Positions 10,155 through 19,036 of a stretch of 64,000 bases of DNA are shown here, piece after piece; position 1 is the stretch's first letter, and each line of letters begins with the position of its first letter. The translations under genes and the position numbers were made by a program. The notes under the pieces were generated by a model, which was given only the letters and a program-made list of their open reading frames with translations, did not search any database and was not told the origin of the DNA. Source of the DNA: Blastocatellia bacterium (GTDB lineage Bacteria; Acidobacteriota; Blastocatellia; UBA7656); assembly GCA_963765495.1 (NCBI GenBank), contig CAVXWP010000008.1:768001-832000 (forward strand). The letters are read 5' to 3'.

Positions 10155-11417
10155 TTGATGGAAGCACGAAAGATGATTCAGAATGTAAGGAATATTTCGG
10201 AACCTGCGAAAGTGGCTGAAAAGATTAGCCGGGCTCCGGGATACCGCTTTGCGCGAAGAGTATCGAAGACGAGAGCCTCTGCTGTTCGCGAAATTCTGAA
10301 GGTCACCGAGAGGCCGGACATCATCTCTTTTGCAGGCGGATTGCCTGCGCCGGAGCTTTTTCCTGTGGAGCAACTCGGCAAAGCACACGCCGATATTTTC
10401 CGAGAAGAGGGCGCGGCGGCTATGCAATACAGCACGACCGAAGGCTGGCGACCGCTCAGAGAGTGGATTGCCGGGCGATTGCAGACAAGAGGCATAAAGG
10501 CCAATGCCGATCAGGTGCTGATTACAAGCGGTTCGCAACAGGGCATCAATCTGATGTCAAAGATTTTTATCGAGCCGGGCGACGCGGTTGTAGTAGAAAA
10601 TCCATGTTATCTTGCCGCTTTACAGGCATTCAACAGCTTCGAGGCTTCCTTTGTCACCCTTGAGAGCGACGGCTCCGGGATGCGACTGGATCATCTTGAA
10701 AACGCGATTGCCGAAACAAGCCCCAAATTTATTTATGTGGTCTCGAATTTTCATAATCCGAAAGGAACTACCCTATCGCTTGAGAGAAGAAAGCAATTAA
10801 TCGAGATTTCGAGGCGGTATCGAGTTCCAATTCTTGAGGATGACCCATACGGCGAACTGAGGTATTCGGGAGAGCGGATCACCCCGCTTGCCGCTCTCGA
10901 TAAAGACGAACTTGTAGTCTACCTTAGCACATTCTCGAAAACCCTGAGCCCCGGCATGCGGATTGGATGGGCCTACGCGCCGAAAGGAATCTTTCAGGCT
11001 ATGGTCTCCACAAAGCAGGCCACCGACCTTCACACAAGCACCATACAGCAGAGGGCGGCGGCACGGATGCTTTCCTCATTCGATTTCGATTCTCATCTCG
11101 AACGGCTTCGTACGGTATACGGCGAGCGTTGTCGAGCGATGCTTAAAGCAATGGAAAAATATTTCCCGACAGAGGTCAGATGGACAAAACCAAACGGGGG
11201 AATGTTTATCTGGGTAGAGTTGCCCGAATCTCTAAATGGAGAAGCGATTCTTGCGGAGGCGCTTGAGGACCACGTAGCCTTTGTGCCCGGCAGTGCTTTC
11301 TTTGCCCGAGCCCGGTGCGAGAATTTCATCAGGCTCAATTTTTCAAATCGCCCGCCCGATATTATCGAAGAAGGTATCAGGCGAATAGGCAATCTGCTGA
11401 AAAGGAAGATTCAATGA
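10155..11417 (+). CDS. PLP-dependent aminotransferase class I/II (LysN/2-aminoadipate transaminase-like)
   Basis: ISFAGGLP, NPKG, EDDPYGEL, TFSKTLSPGMRIGW (PLP lysine) and IRLNF motifs. Start codon uncertain. Confidence 0.88.
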   Translation: MMEARKMIQNVRNISEPAKVAEKISRAPGYRFARRVSKTRASAVREILKVTERPDIISFAGGLPAPELFPVEQLGKAHADIFREEGAAAMQYSTTEGWRPLREWIAGRLQTRGIKANADQVLITSGSQQGINLMSKIFIEPGDAVVVENPCYLAALQAFNSFEASFVTLESDGSGMRLDHLENAIAETSPKFIYVVSNFHNPKGTTLSLERRKQLIEISRRYRVPILEDDPYGELRYSGERITPLAALDKDELVVYLSTFSKTLSPGMRIGWAYAPKGIFQAMVSTKQATDLHTSTIQQRAAARMLSSFDFDSHLERLRTVYGERCRAMLKAMEKYFPTEVRWTKPNGGMFIWVELPESLNGEAILAEALEDHVAFVPGSAFFARARCENFIRLNFSNRPPDIIEEGIRRIGNLLKRKIQ

Positions 11418-12331
11418 AGCCAGCAAAATTCATTATCGCCGATGTGTTCACCGAAAAGCTTTTCGGTGGTAATCAGCTAGCCGTTTTCACCGACGGTCGG
11501 GGTATTGATGACGCCACGATGCAAGACATCGCGCGCGAGATGAACTATTCGGAGACCACCTTTATCCTTCCAGCCGAAAGCGGAGGCGATTACCGCGTAA
11601 GGATTTTCACGCCTATGCGCGAGCTTCCCTTCGCAGGCCATCCGCTTGTGGGCTCGGCTCATGTGCTTGTATCCGAGCGCATGAAAGAGTGGACCATACC
11701 GGGTACTTCGATCACGCTCGAAACCGGCGTTGGAAACATCCTGGCCGAAGTGAAGATTGAAGATGATCGAGCGGGTCACACGACGATGACTCAACCTCTG
11801 CCGACTGTTAAGGGGCAATTTACCGACACGGCCAGGCTCGCTCGGGCGCTGACGCTTGCGCCTTCCGACATTGAAGGAACCGGCTTCCCGGTCGAAGCTA
11901 TTTATAACGGAATTACGGTCTTAATCGTGCCTGTCGCAACTCTTCAAGCCGTCGAAACAATAAAGCTCGAATCAAGTGCGCTCGGAGGGATCAGCGAAGA
12001 AATGGGAGCCGATACCGTTCTGGTCTTCGCCTCCGAAACGCTTCGGGAATCGAGCACAGTTCATTGCCGGGTTTTCGCACCCGCCGCAGGGGTCGCGGAA
12101 GACGCGGCCACAGGCTCCGCAAACGGGCCGTTAGGGTTTTATCTCGTCCGACATGGAATCGTCGAGCCAAAGCCTGTGACCCAAATCATCAGCGAACAGG
12201 GATTCGAGATGAAACGGCCAAGCATCCTGCACATCGAAGTTAAGATGGACCCCAACTCAAAAGATATTACAGGCATCCGTGTTGGCGGCGGCGTTGTCAT
12301 CTCCGGTCGGGGCGAAATTCTGCTTTCATAG
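11414..12331 (+). CDS. PhzF-family epimerase/isomerase
   Basis: DVFT...GGNQLAV, NYSETTF, RIFTP..ELPFAGHP, EDAATGSA and EQG motifs; ATGA overlap with the upstream gene. Confidence 0.92.
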   Translation: MKPAKFIIADVFTEKLFGGNQLAVFTDGRGIDDATMQDIAREMNYSETTFILPAESGGDYRVRIFTPMRELPFAGHPLVGSAHVLVSERMKEWTIPGTSITLETGVGNILAEVKIEDDRAGHTTMTQPLPTVKGQFTDTARLARALTLAPSDIEGTGFPVEAIYNGITVLIVPVATLQAVETIKLESSALGGISEEMGADTVLVFASETLRESSTVHCRVFAPAAGVAEDAATGSANGPLGFYLVRHGIVEPKPVTQIISEQGFEMKRPSILHIEVKMDPNSKDITGIRVGGGVVISGRGEILLS

Positions 12332-12381
12332 CCTCTTTGCTTTTTGTCATCCGGTCATTACCATATCAAATGGAGGTAGAG

Positions 12382-12891
12382 ATGACTGCAAGCGATATTG
12401 TGACGCTCTACGATTACGGGTACTGGGCCAATCGCAAGCTGATGGCTACGATCAGCCGCCTGAGCGAGGAAGAGTTCACAGGCAAGCCCCTCGGGGCAGA
12501 CAAATCGATTCGGACTCTGCTTGTGCACATATTAAGCGCCGAGTGGGGCTGGTTTGCCCGGTGCGGCGGTCCTGAACGCGACCAACGTCTGCTGCCCGAA
12601 GACTTCCCTTCCCTGGAATCAATTCAAAAGCAATGGAGCAAGATTGAAACCAGCCTGCGCAGCTTTCTTTCAGAGCTTGAGGACAGCGACCTCAACCGCG
12701 TTGTAACATACGCGCTTGATGAAAAGGAGAACCTCGAGATGCCGCTTGGCGAGATATTACAACACGCGGCAAATCATGCGGTGCATCACAGGGGGCAAAT
12801 AAGTTTGATGCTCAGAACTCTCGGTTATAATCCGGAGGGAATAGATATACTTCTGTACTATGGCGAAAAACGTGGCACCCCGGTATGGTAA
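12382..12891 (+). CDS. DinB family protein
   Basis: WANRKL, SIR.LLVHI..AE..W and NHAVHHRGQ His-triad motifs. Confidence 0.88.
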   Translation: MTASDIVTLYDYGYWANRKLMATISRLSEEEFTGKPLGADKSIRTLLVHILSAEWGWFARCGGPERDQRLLPEDFPSLESIQKQWSKIETSLRSFLSELEDSDLNRVVTYALDEKENLEMPLGEILQHAANHAVHHRGQISLMLRTLGYNPEGIDILLYYGEKRGTPVW

Positions 12892-12945
12892 TGTGTTTCT
12901 GGAGTGGGATTATTGCGGCGAAATTTTTTGATTGGAGTAAAGAAG

Positions 12946-13827
12946 ATGGCTGACAACTTGATTCGATTGAAGACGGGACTGGCTGAGATGCTGAAAGGCG
13001 GAGTCATAATGGATGTGACCGATGCCGATCAATCACGCATAGCCGAAGAAGCCGGGGCCGTGGCAGTAATGGCGCTTGAACGGGTTCCCGCCGATATTCG
13101 CGCAGAAGGCGGTGTAGCTCGGATGGCATCTCCAAGAAAGATTCGAGAGATCATGAAGGCGGTCTCCATCCCCGTGATGGCAAAGGTTCGAATCGGTCAT
13201 TTCGTCGAGGCGCAGGTGCTTGAAGCGATGGGCGTTGATTTCATAGATGAGAGCGAAGTGCTGACCCCTGCCGACGAAGAACATCACGTGGACAAGCATA
13301 AGTTCAAGGTTCCATTCGTCTGCGGCGCTCGAAACCTCGGAGAGGCTTTGCGCCGGATAGGTGAAGGCGCGGCGATGATTCGCACAAAAGGCGAGGCAGG
13401 ATCGGGAAACATTGTCGAAGCGGTGCGACATCTTCGGCGAATCACTCACGAAATCAAGCGCCTTACTATACTTGGCGATGAGGAGTTGATGGCAGAGGCC
13501 AAGAATCTCGGAGCCCCTTACGAGATCGTGAGAATGGTGGCCCGCGAGGGGCGATTGCCGGTCCCGAATTTCGCAGCGGGCGGAGTGGCCACACCAGCCG
13601 ATGCTGCTCTCTGCATGCAGCTTGGCGCGGAATCGGTCTTCGTAGGCTCGGGGATATTCAAGTCATCGGACCCGGCGGTGCGCGCCCGCGCAATCGTCAA
13701 AGCGACCACGCATTATAACGATCCGAAAGCGGTCCTCGAAGCAAGCGAGGAGCTTGGCGAGGCGATGCGCGGGCTCGATGTTTCAAAGCTTGAAGACAGC
13801 GAGCTATTGCAAACTCGCGGATGGTGA
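12946..13827 (+). CDS. pdxS: Pyridoxal 5'-phosphate synthase lyase subunit
   Basis: [28 protein letters not shown] and [14 protein letters not shown] motifs; RGW C-terminus. Confidence 0.97.
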   Translation: MADNLIRLKTGLAEMLKGGVIMDVTDADQSRIAEEAGAVAVMALERVPADIRAEGGVARMASPRKIREIMKAVSIPVMAKVRIGHFVEAQVLEAMGVDFIDESEVLTPADEEHHVDKHKFKVPFVCGARNLGEALRRIGEGAAMIRTKGEAGSGNIVEAVRHLRRITHEIKRLTILGDEELMAEAKNLGAPYEIVRMVAREGRLPVPNFAAGGVATPADAALCMQLGAESVFVGSGIFKSSDPAVRARAIVKATTHYNDPKAVLEASEELGEAMRGLDVSKLEDSELLQTRGW

Positions 13828-13830
13828 ACC

Positions 13831-13984
13831 GATTTTAGATTTTGGATTTTAGATTTTGGATTTTAGATTTTGGATTGTTAGTAATGGATTAAAGACTTTG
13901 ATTTGATACCCAATCCAGAATCTAAATCAGCGAAGTGCATGTCGCGCCACGAAAATCCAAAATCTAAAATCTAAAATCCAAAAT
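13831..13984. repeat. Inverted heptamer arrays, (GATTTTR)x6 and (AAAATCY)x4+
   Basis: 13831-13876 and 13952-13984 are complementary; the right arm ends immediately before the pdxT ATG. Confidence 0.9.
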
Positions 13985-14554
13985 ATGAAGATTGGTGTAG
14001 TCGCAATACAGGGAGATTTTGCAGCGCATGGGCGGATGCTTTCGCGGCTAGGTGTAGACGTAGCGGAGGTGCGCCGCGCAAGCGATCTCGATGGTGTAGA
14101 AGGCTTGATTTTACCGGGGGGAGAAAGCTCTACGATGCTGAAGTTCCTCGCGGCCGAAGATTTGGAACAGCCTATAAAGGAACTGGCCGGGGCCGGAAAG
14201 CCCGTCTTTGGAACGTGCGCGGGGGCGATCCTGCTTGCCCGCGAGGCGATCAACCCGTCACAGCATTCGATGGACTTGATCGACATCACCGTGGCTCGTA
14301 ATGCCTATGGCAGACAGGTAGACAGCTTTATCGGCGAAGTGGAAACCGTGATAAAGGGCGGCCCGCTCGAAGCCGTATTCATTCGCGCGCCGAGGATCGA
14401 GCGAGTCGGCCCGGAGGTCGAAGTGCTGGCAAGAAATGAAGGCGAGCCGGTTTTCGTCAGACAGGCCAATATACTGGCAGCAACCTTTCATCCTGAACTC
14501 TCGGATGACGAGCGAGCACACAGGTTGTTTGTCGAACTGGCACAAAGAGTCTGA
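13985..14554 (+). CDS. pdxT: PLP synthase glutaminase subunit
   Basis: PGGESS, GTCAG, RNAYGRQVDSF, FIRAP and FHPEL motifs. Confidence 0.96.
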   Translation: MKIGVVAIQGDFAAHGRMLSRLGVDVAEVRRASDLDGVEGLILPGGESSTMLKFLAAEDLEQPIKELAGAGKPVFGTCAGAILLAREAINPSQHSMDLIDITVARNAYGRQVDSFIGEVETVIKGGPLEAVFIRAPRIERVGPEVEVLARNEGEPVFVRQANILAATFHPELSDDERAHRLFVELAQRV

Positions 14555-14578
14555 TCGTCTTATTCTCAGAAGAAAAGT

Positions 14579-15037
14579 GTGGAAATACGTGATTACAGCG
14601 CCAGTGATTTTGAAACACTCTACGAGATCGACCACGAGGCTTTTTCAGAGGATATCGCATATTCTCACCTTGAGTTGCAATACTATCTGCGGTCGAGAAA
14701 ATGCCGCACGCTGATCGCCGAAGACGATAAAGAGATAATCGGCTTTGTTATCGCCTGCTCCGAACCTCGCAAACTTGGACATATCATAACTATTGATGTC
14801 ACACCTCATCGCCAGCGGCAGCACATAGGCAGCCGTTTGCTTTCAGAAATAGAATCCTGGCTATGGGAAAAAGGAGCGCAGGCGATCTATCTGGAAACGC
14901 CCGTCGATGATCTTGGAGCGCGAGGTTTTTACGACAGGCACGGGTATTTTATCCTCGATCGTATCGAAGGCTATTACACCGATACGCTCGATGCCTTCGT
15001 CATGATGAAGACTACAAAGAGGTCGAATCCCGCGTAA
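14579..15037 (+). CDS. GNAT acetyltransferase (RimI-like)
   Basis: GHIITIDV, QRQHIGSRLL, ARGFY..HGY and YY...DA.VM motifs. Confidence 0.85.
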   Translation: MEIRDYSASDFETLYEIDHEAFSEDIAYSHLELQYYLRSRKCRTLIAEDDKEIIGFVIACSEPRKLGHIITIDVTPHRQRQHIGSRLLSEIESWLWEKGAQAIYLETPVDDLGARGFYDRHGYFILDRIEGYYTDTLDAFVMMKTTKRSNPA

Positions 15038-15057
15038 AGTGGCGCAGGTTCGATGCG

Positions 15058-15798
15058 TTGATCACCTGGATACGCCCGAACGCTTCAGCTATCCTTCATG
15101 TCACAATGTATCAGGCAAATTCGAATGAACATTTGACGCCTACTCAGACCATAGAGTCCGCTCATCCCGATATTATTGCATTCACTCGCCAGCATGCCGG
15201 AGATTCTCAAACGAGCATCGAGCAGGCGGTGAGGCTCTATTACGCGGTGAGGGATGGCGTTCGATACGATCCTTATAGAATCGCCCTCACAATTCCGGGG
15301 ATGAAGGCGAGCGCGACACTCGCTCATAAGCATGGATGGTGCGTTTCAAAGGCCGTACTGCTCGCAGCGTGTTGCAGGTCAACCGGCATCCCGGCCAGGC
15401 TCGGATTCGCCGATGTCAGGAATCATCTCTCCACCGAACGGCTGAGACGACGAATGGCAACCGATATATTTTTCTGGCACGGGTATACAGAGATGTTTCT
15501 GGGCGAGAAATGGGTAAAGGCGACCCCGGCATTCAACATCGAATTATGCGAAAAATTCCGCCTGCTGCCGTTGGAATTTGACGGTCGCAGCGACTCGCTT
15601 TACCATCCATTTGATGCGGACGGGCATCGGCACATGGAGTATGTAAATCATCGCGGCGTATATTCAGATTTGCCGCTCGATGAAATCATCGCGACCTTTG
15701 AACAGGAATACAAATTCGCCCGATCAAGGTCCGAACTTGATGAAGCAAGCTTTGATGCCGATGTCGTAAGAGAAACGGAAAGCAGGGTGGGTCTGTGA
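15058..15798 (+). CDS. Transglutaminase-like protein
   Basis: GWCVSKAVLLAACCR..GIPARLGFADVRNH and WHGY.E...W motifs. True start may be near 15106. Confidence 0.85.
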   Translation: MITWIRPNASAILHVTMYQANSNEHLTPTQTIESAHPDIIAFTRQHAGDSQTSIEQAVRLYYAVRDGVRYDPYRIALTIPGMKASATLAHKHGWCVSKAVLLAACCRSTGIPARLGFADVRNHLSTERLRRRMATDIFFWHGYTEMFLGEKWVKATPAFNIELCEKFRLLPLEFDGRSDSLYHPFDADGHRHMEYVNHRGVYSDLPLDEIIATFEQEYKFARSRSELDEASFDADVVRETESRVGL

Positions 15799-15861
15799 TT
15801 GCAGGTGTCAGTGATTAGCGCAGTACAGCAGAAAACCATATATCAAAGGAGCCCTTCGTCC

Positions 15862-16785
15862 ATGAATCATTTGATTGATCGTCGCAAATTCTTGAAGATT
15901 TCTGCCCAGACTACAACGGGTCTTGCGCTTGCCGGACTGGCCGGCGAGGCGTTTACGTCTGGAAAAGCCAAACCGTTGTTTCAGATTTCACTGGCTGAAT
16001 GGTCATTCCACAAGGCGTTGTTTTCAAAGCAGATGGATAACCTCGACTTTGCAAAAGTGGCCAAACAGGACTACGGCATTGATGCGGTCGAGTACGTCAA
16101 TCAGTTCTTTCCAGACAAGGCCACCGATAAAACTTATCTGGCCGAACTGAAAAAACGCGCTAAAGACAACGGAGTCGAGAGCCGCCTGATAATGATTGAC
16201 GGCGAGGGCGCGCTCGGCGACCCCGATGAGATGAAACGCACCCGCGCTGTCGAGAACCATTACAAATGGGTAGATGCGGCCAAATACCTCGGGTGCTTCT
16301 GCATTCGCGTCAACGCTCAAAGCTCCGGTCCTTATGAGGAGCAGATAAAGCTTGCGGCCGACGGGCTCAGAAGGCTCACCGAGTTCGGCGCAAAGCAAAA
16401 GATCAGCGTTATCGTAGAGAACCACGGAGGGTTGTCATCGAATGGAGAATGGCTCGCGGCTGTGATGAAGAGGGTAAATCATCCGCGATGTGGAACCCTG
16501 CCCGACTTCGGCAATTTTGAACTTGGCGACGGAAAAGAGTACGACCGATACAAAGGGGTCAAAGAGATGATGCCCTTTGCAAAAGCCGTCAGCGCGAAAT
16601 CGTTCGATTTTGACGAACAGGGAAACGAAACACTTATAGACTATCCGCGAATGATGAAAATAGTTATGGACGCGGGCTTTCACAGCTACGTAGGGATCGA
16701 ATACGAAGGAGACAGAATGAGCGAACCGGATGGGGTTCGGGCCACAAAGAGGCTGCTTGAACGCATACGCAACGAGATGGCCTGA
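15862..16785 (+). CDS. Tat-exported sugar-phosphate isomerase/epimerase (AP endonuclease 2 TIM barrel)
   Basis: DRRKFLK Tat motif; VENHGG, LPDFGNF and GIEYEG motifs. Confidence 0.85.
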   Translation: MNHLIDRRKFLKISAQTTTGLALAGLAGEAFTSGKAKPLFQISLAEWSFHKALFSKQMDNLDFAKVAKQDYGIDAVEYVNQFFPDKATDKTYLAELKKRAKDNGVESRLIMIDGEGALGDPDEMKRTRAVENHYKWVDAAKYLGCFCIRVNAQSSGPYEEQIKLAADGLRRLTEFGAKQKISVIVENHGGLSSNGEWLAAVMKRVNHPRCGTLPDFGNFELGDGKEYDRYKGVKEMMPFAKAVSAKSFDFDEQGNETLIDYPRMMKIVMDAGFHSYVGIEYEGDRMSEPDGVRATKRLLERIRNEMA

Positions 16786-16838
16786 ATCCGAGATTGCACA
16801 ACATCCGGCTAAATCGGAATCAAATGCTGGAGGAAAGA

Positions 16839-17303
16839 ATGATGAAGTCCATACGAATAGTCTCTGTCATGCTACTGGTTCAGATCGCAGTTTTTGCCCA
16901 GAGCGCGGAGGACGTGATCAAGACAAAGACTGATAAGTTCACCAAAGCGATTGTTTCGAAGGACCTCTCGATTCTCGATGATGTTTTCGAGAAGGATGCA
17001 GATAATATCTATTACGATATTAACGAGGGCCCCCTTCGCGGATTTGACAGACTGAAGCGCGTTTGGAGCGCCGCCACGAGTAACTACACCATCTCTCGAT
17101 TCGAATTCAATGATGATATGAAGGTGATAGTTGACGGTGATCACGCGGTGCAAACCGGAACATGGATTCAGACCCAGGTAAACAAGTCGGGCCAGAGCCG
17201 TGACATAAAGGGCCGGGCCACTGTGCTATGGCGCAAACGCGATGGAGAGTGGCGCGTGTGGCATTATCACGCCTCGATCACACCCGCTCGAATGCAAAGA
17301 TAA
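16839..17303 (+). CDS. Exported SnoaL/NTF2-like (DUF4440-type) protein
   Basis: Signal peptide; C-terminal GRATVLWRK.DGEWRVWHYHAS motif. Confidence 0.75.
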   Translation: MMKSIRIVSVMLLVQIAVFAQSAEDVIKTKTDKFTKAIVSKDLSILDDVFEKDADNIYYDINEGPLRGFDRLKRVWSAATSNYTISRFEFNDDMKVIVDGDHAVQTGTWIQTQVNKSGQSRDIKGRATVLWRKRDGEWRVWHYHASITPARMQR

Positions 17304-17338
17304 GCGGGCATCCAAACATCGAAGGGAGATAATCGGGT

Positions 17339-18025
17339 ATGACGGAAGCAGAGGTATTAAAAGAGCTTGAGGCTCTTGGCACTGAGCAAAACAGAAAAGT
17401 ATACAGGCGGCATGGAGTGGAAGACGATATTTTTGGAGTCAGTTACGCCAACCTCGGAAAGCTCAAAAAGAAGATCAAGACCGATCACGATCTCGCGATC
17501 AGGCTCTGGGCGAGCGCAAATCACGATGCCCGCATATTTGCCACGATGATTGCGGACCCTTCTCTGCTCGACAACCGGGTGTTGGATAGCTGGGTAAAGG
17601 ACCTTGGTAATTACGTGCTGACGGATGCCTTCGCTAATCTGGCCGGTCAATCTCCGCTCGCGCAAAAGAAAATGGAGAAATGGACCACATCCCCAAAGGA
17701 ATGGATTGGGAGCGCAGGATGGGTGTTGCTTTCGACGCTCGCGCGCAACGAAAGCGATTTGCCGGACTCTTATTTTGAGCCTTACCTGGAAACGATTGAG
17801 CACGACATACATTCCAGCAAAAACAGGGTGAAGCACACCATGAACGCCGCGCTGATCGCTATAGGCTCCCGCAACACAGGGCTTGAGAAGAAGGCCCTTG
17901 CTACGGCCGGAAGAATCGGAAAGATTGAAATTGATCACGGAGATACCGGCTGTAAGACGCCGGACGTGGCAGAATACATCAGGAAAATTAAGGAACGAAA
18001 AAGCCGTAGCCGGAAGGCAGGCTAA
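17339..18025 (+). CDS. DNA alkylation repair (AlkD-like) protein
   Basis: FGV, LW.S.NHDAR, MN.ALIAIG and IDHGDTGCKTPD motifs. Confidence 0.85.
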   Translation: MTEAEVLKELEALGTEQNRKVYRRHGVEDDIFGVSYANLGKLKKKIKTDHDLAIRLWASANHDARIFATMIADPSLLDNRVLDSWVKDLGNYVLTDAFANLAGQSPLAQKKMEKWTTSPKEWIGSAGWVLLSTLARNESDLPDSYFEPYLETIEHDIHSSKNRVKHTMNAALIAIGSRNTGLEKKALATAGRIGKIEIDHGDTGCKTPDVAEYIRKIKERKSRSRKAG

Positions 18026-18040
18026 GAGGAAAACATTTTG

Positions 18041-18583
18041 ATGAACAAGAATACCGAAGTCGCAACTCTGGGCGGGGGATGTTTCTGGTGCCTTGAGGCT
18101 GTATTTCAAGATTTGCGTGGCGTTGAAGAGGTCGTATCCGGGTATGCAGGAGGCTCGGTTCCCAACCCGTCTTATCAGGAGGTATGCGGAGGAAGAACCG
18201 GGCATGCCGAGGTCGTGCAGGTTACTTTCGACCCGGAGGTCATCTCGTACAGGGAAGTTCTCGAAGCCTTTTTCGCCATCCACGATCCGACAACCTTGAA
18301 TCGCCAGGGGGCGGATGTCGGACCGCAATACAGGTCCGTGATCTTTTATCACTCGCCCGAGCAGAAGGCAGTCGCCGAACAGTTAATTCGAGAACTGAGC
18401 GAAGAAGGAATCTGGGGAAGCCCTATAGTGACAGAGATAACTGCCGCCCCGGCCTTTTATGCAGCCGAGCAGTATCATCAGCGATACTTCGAAAATAACC
18501 CGAATCAGCCGTACTGTCAGGCTGTAGTCGCTCCGAAGGTAGCAAAGTTTCGCAAACACCATCTGGAGAAACTCAAGAGATAA
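18041..18583 (+). CDS. msrA: Peptide methionine sulfoxide reductase A
   Basis: GGGCFWC, GHAEVVQ, HDPT..NRQG.D.G.QYRS and AE.YHQ motifs. Confidence 0.97.
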   Translation: MNKNTEVATLGGGCFWCLEAVFQDLRGVEEVVSGYAGGSVPNPSYQEVCGGRTGHAEVVQVTFDPEVISYREVLEAFFAIHDPTTLNRQGADVGPQYRSVIFYHSPEQKAVAEQLIRELSEEGIWGSPIVTEITAAPAFYAAEQYHQRYFENNPNQPYCQAVVAPKVAKFRKHHLEKLKR

Positions 18584-18702
18584 GCCTCTTGACAACATCT
18601 ATTTGAGATTCGAGCCTTGAAATCTCAGATCAGTTGAGCAGACCAGACTACAAGAGGCCGCAAAGACGCGAGGAGGCAACAAGATTCTGCATCTTTGCGG
18701 CC

Positions 18703-18925
18703 CAGGGCCATTCAGTTTTTGAATTGCGAGCAACATGCGTCAGACGGTTTGGCAAGTTATATTGAATGCAAGGCGAATTGAAATAGGCCGGGACGGACGC
18801 GGATCGGGCGGATCTACGCGGATCTGACAATATATGATTTAATCCGCGAAAATCCGCCGCATCCGCGTCCGTCCCGGCCTATTCCCCTTTTCCTATGCTA
18901 CATTTTGGAAAACTGAATGGCCCTG
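18703..18925. mobile_element. MITE, 223 bp, 17-bp perfect TIR, 10-bp target-site duplication
   Basis: CAGGGCCATTCAGTTTT (18703-18719) and AAAACTGAATGGCCCTG (18909-18925); CTTTGCGGCC duplicated at 18693-18702 and 18926-18935; no transposase ORF. Confidence 0.92.
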
Positions 18926-19036
18926 CTTTGCGGCCTCTTTGCTTGCCCGTTTTTTAGCGATCATTCGCGCTCGAGTTTGCCTGCTGTTATTATCTAAGTA
19001 TGTGGATGCCAATCTCAAGAAAGAATAATAGGGAAA

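Noticed and set aside
11414-12331. Phenazine biosynthesis cluster
   Set aside because: Only a PhzF homologue is present; phzA/B, D and E are absent and pdxH is distant and canonical.
13831-13984. Possible CRISPR array in the repeated intergenic sequences
   Set aside because: These are tandem 7-mers with no unique spacers, and there are no cas genes in the window.
17357-18352. 331-aa antisense ORF, and similar long shadow ORFs at 50069-50974 and 62616-63524
   Set aside because: They lie opposite well-supported genes, have no recognisable motifs, and are expected from codon bias.
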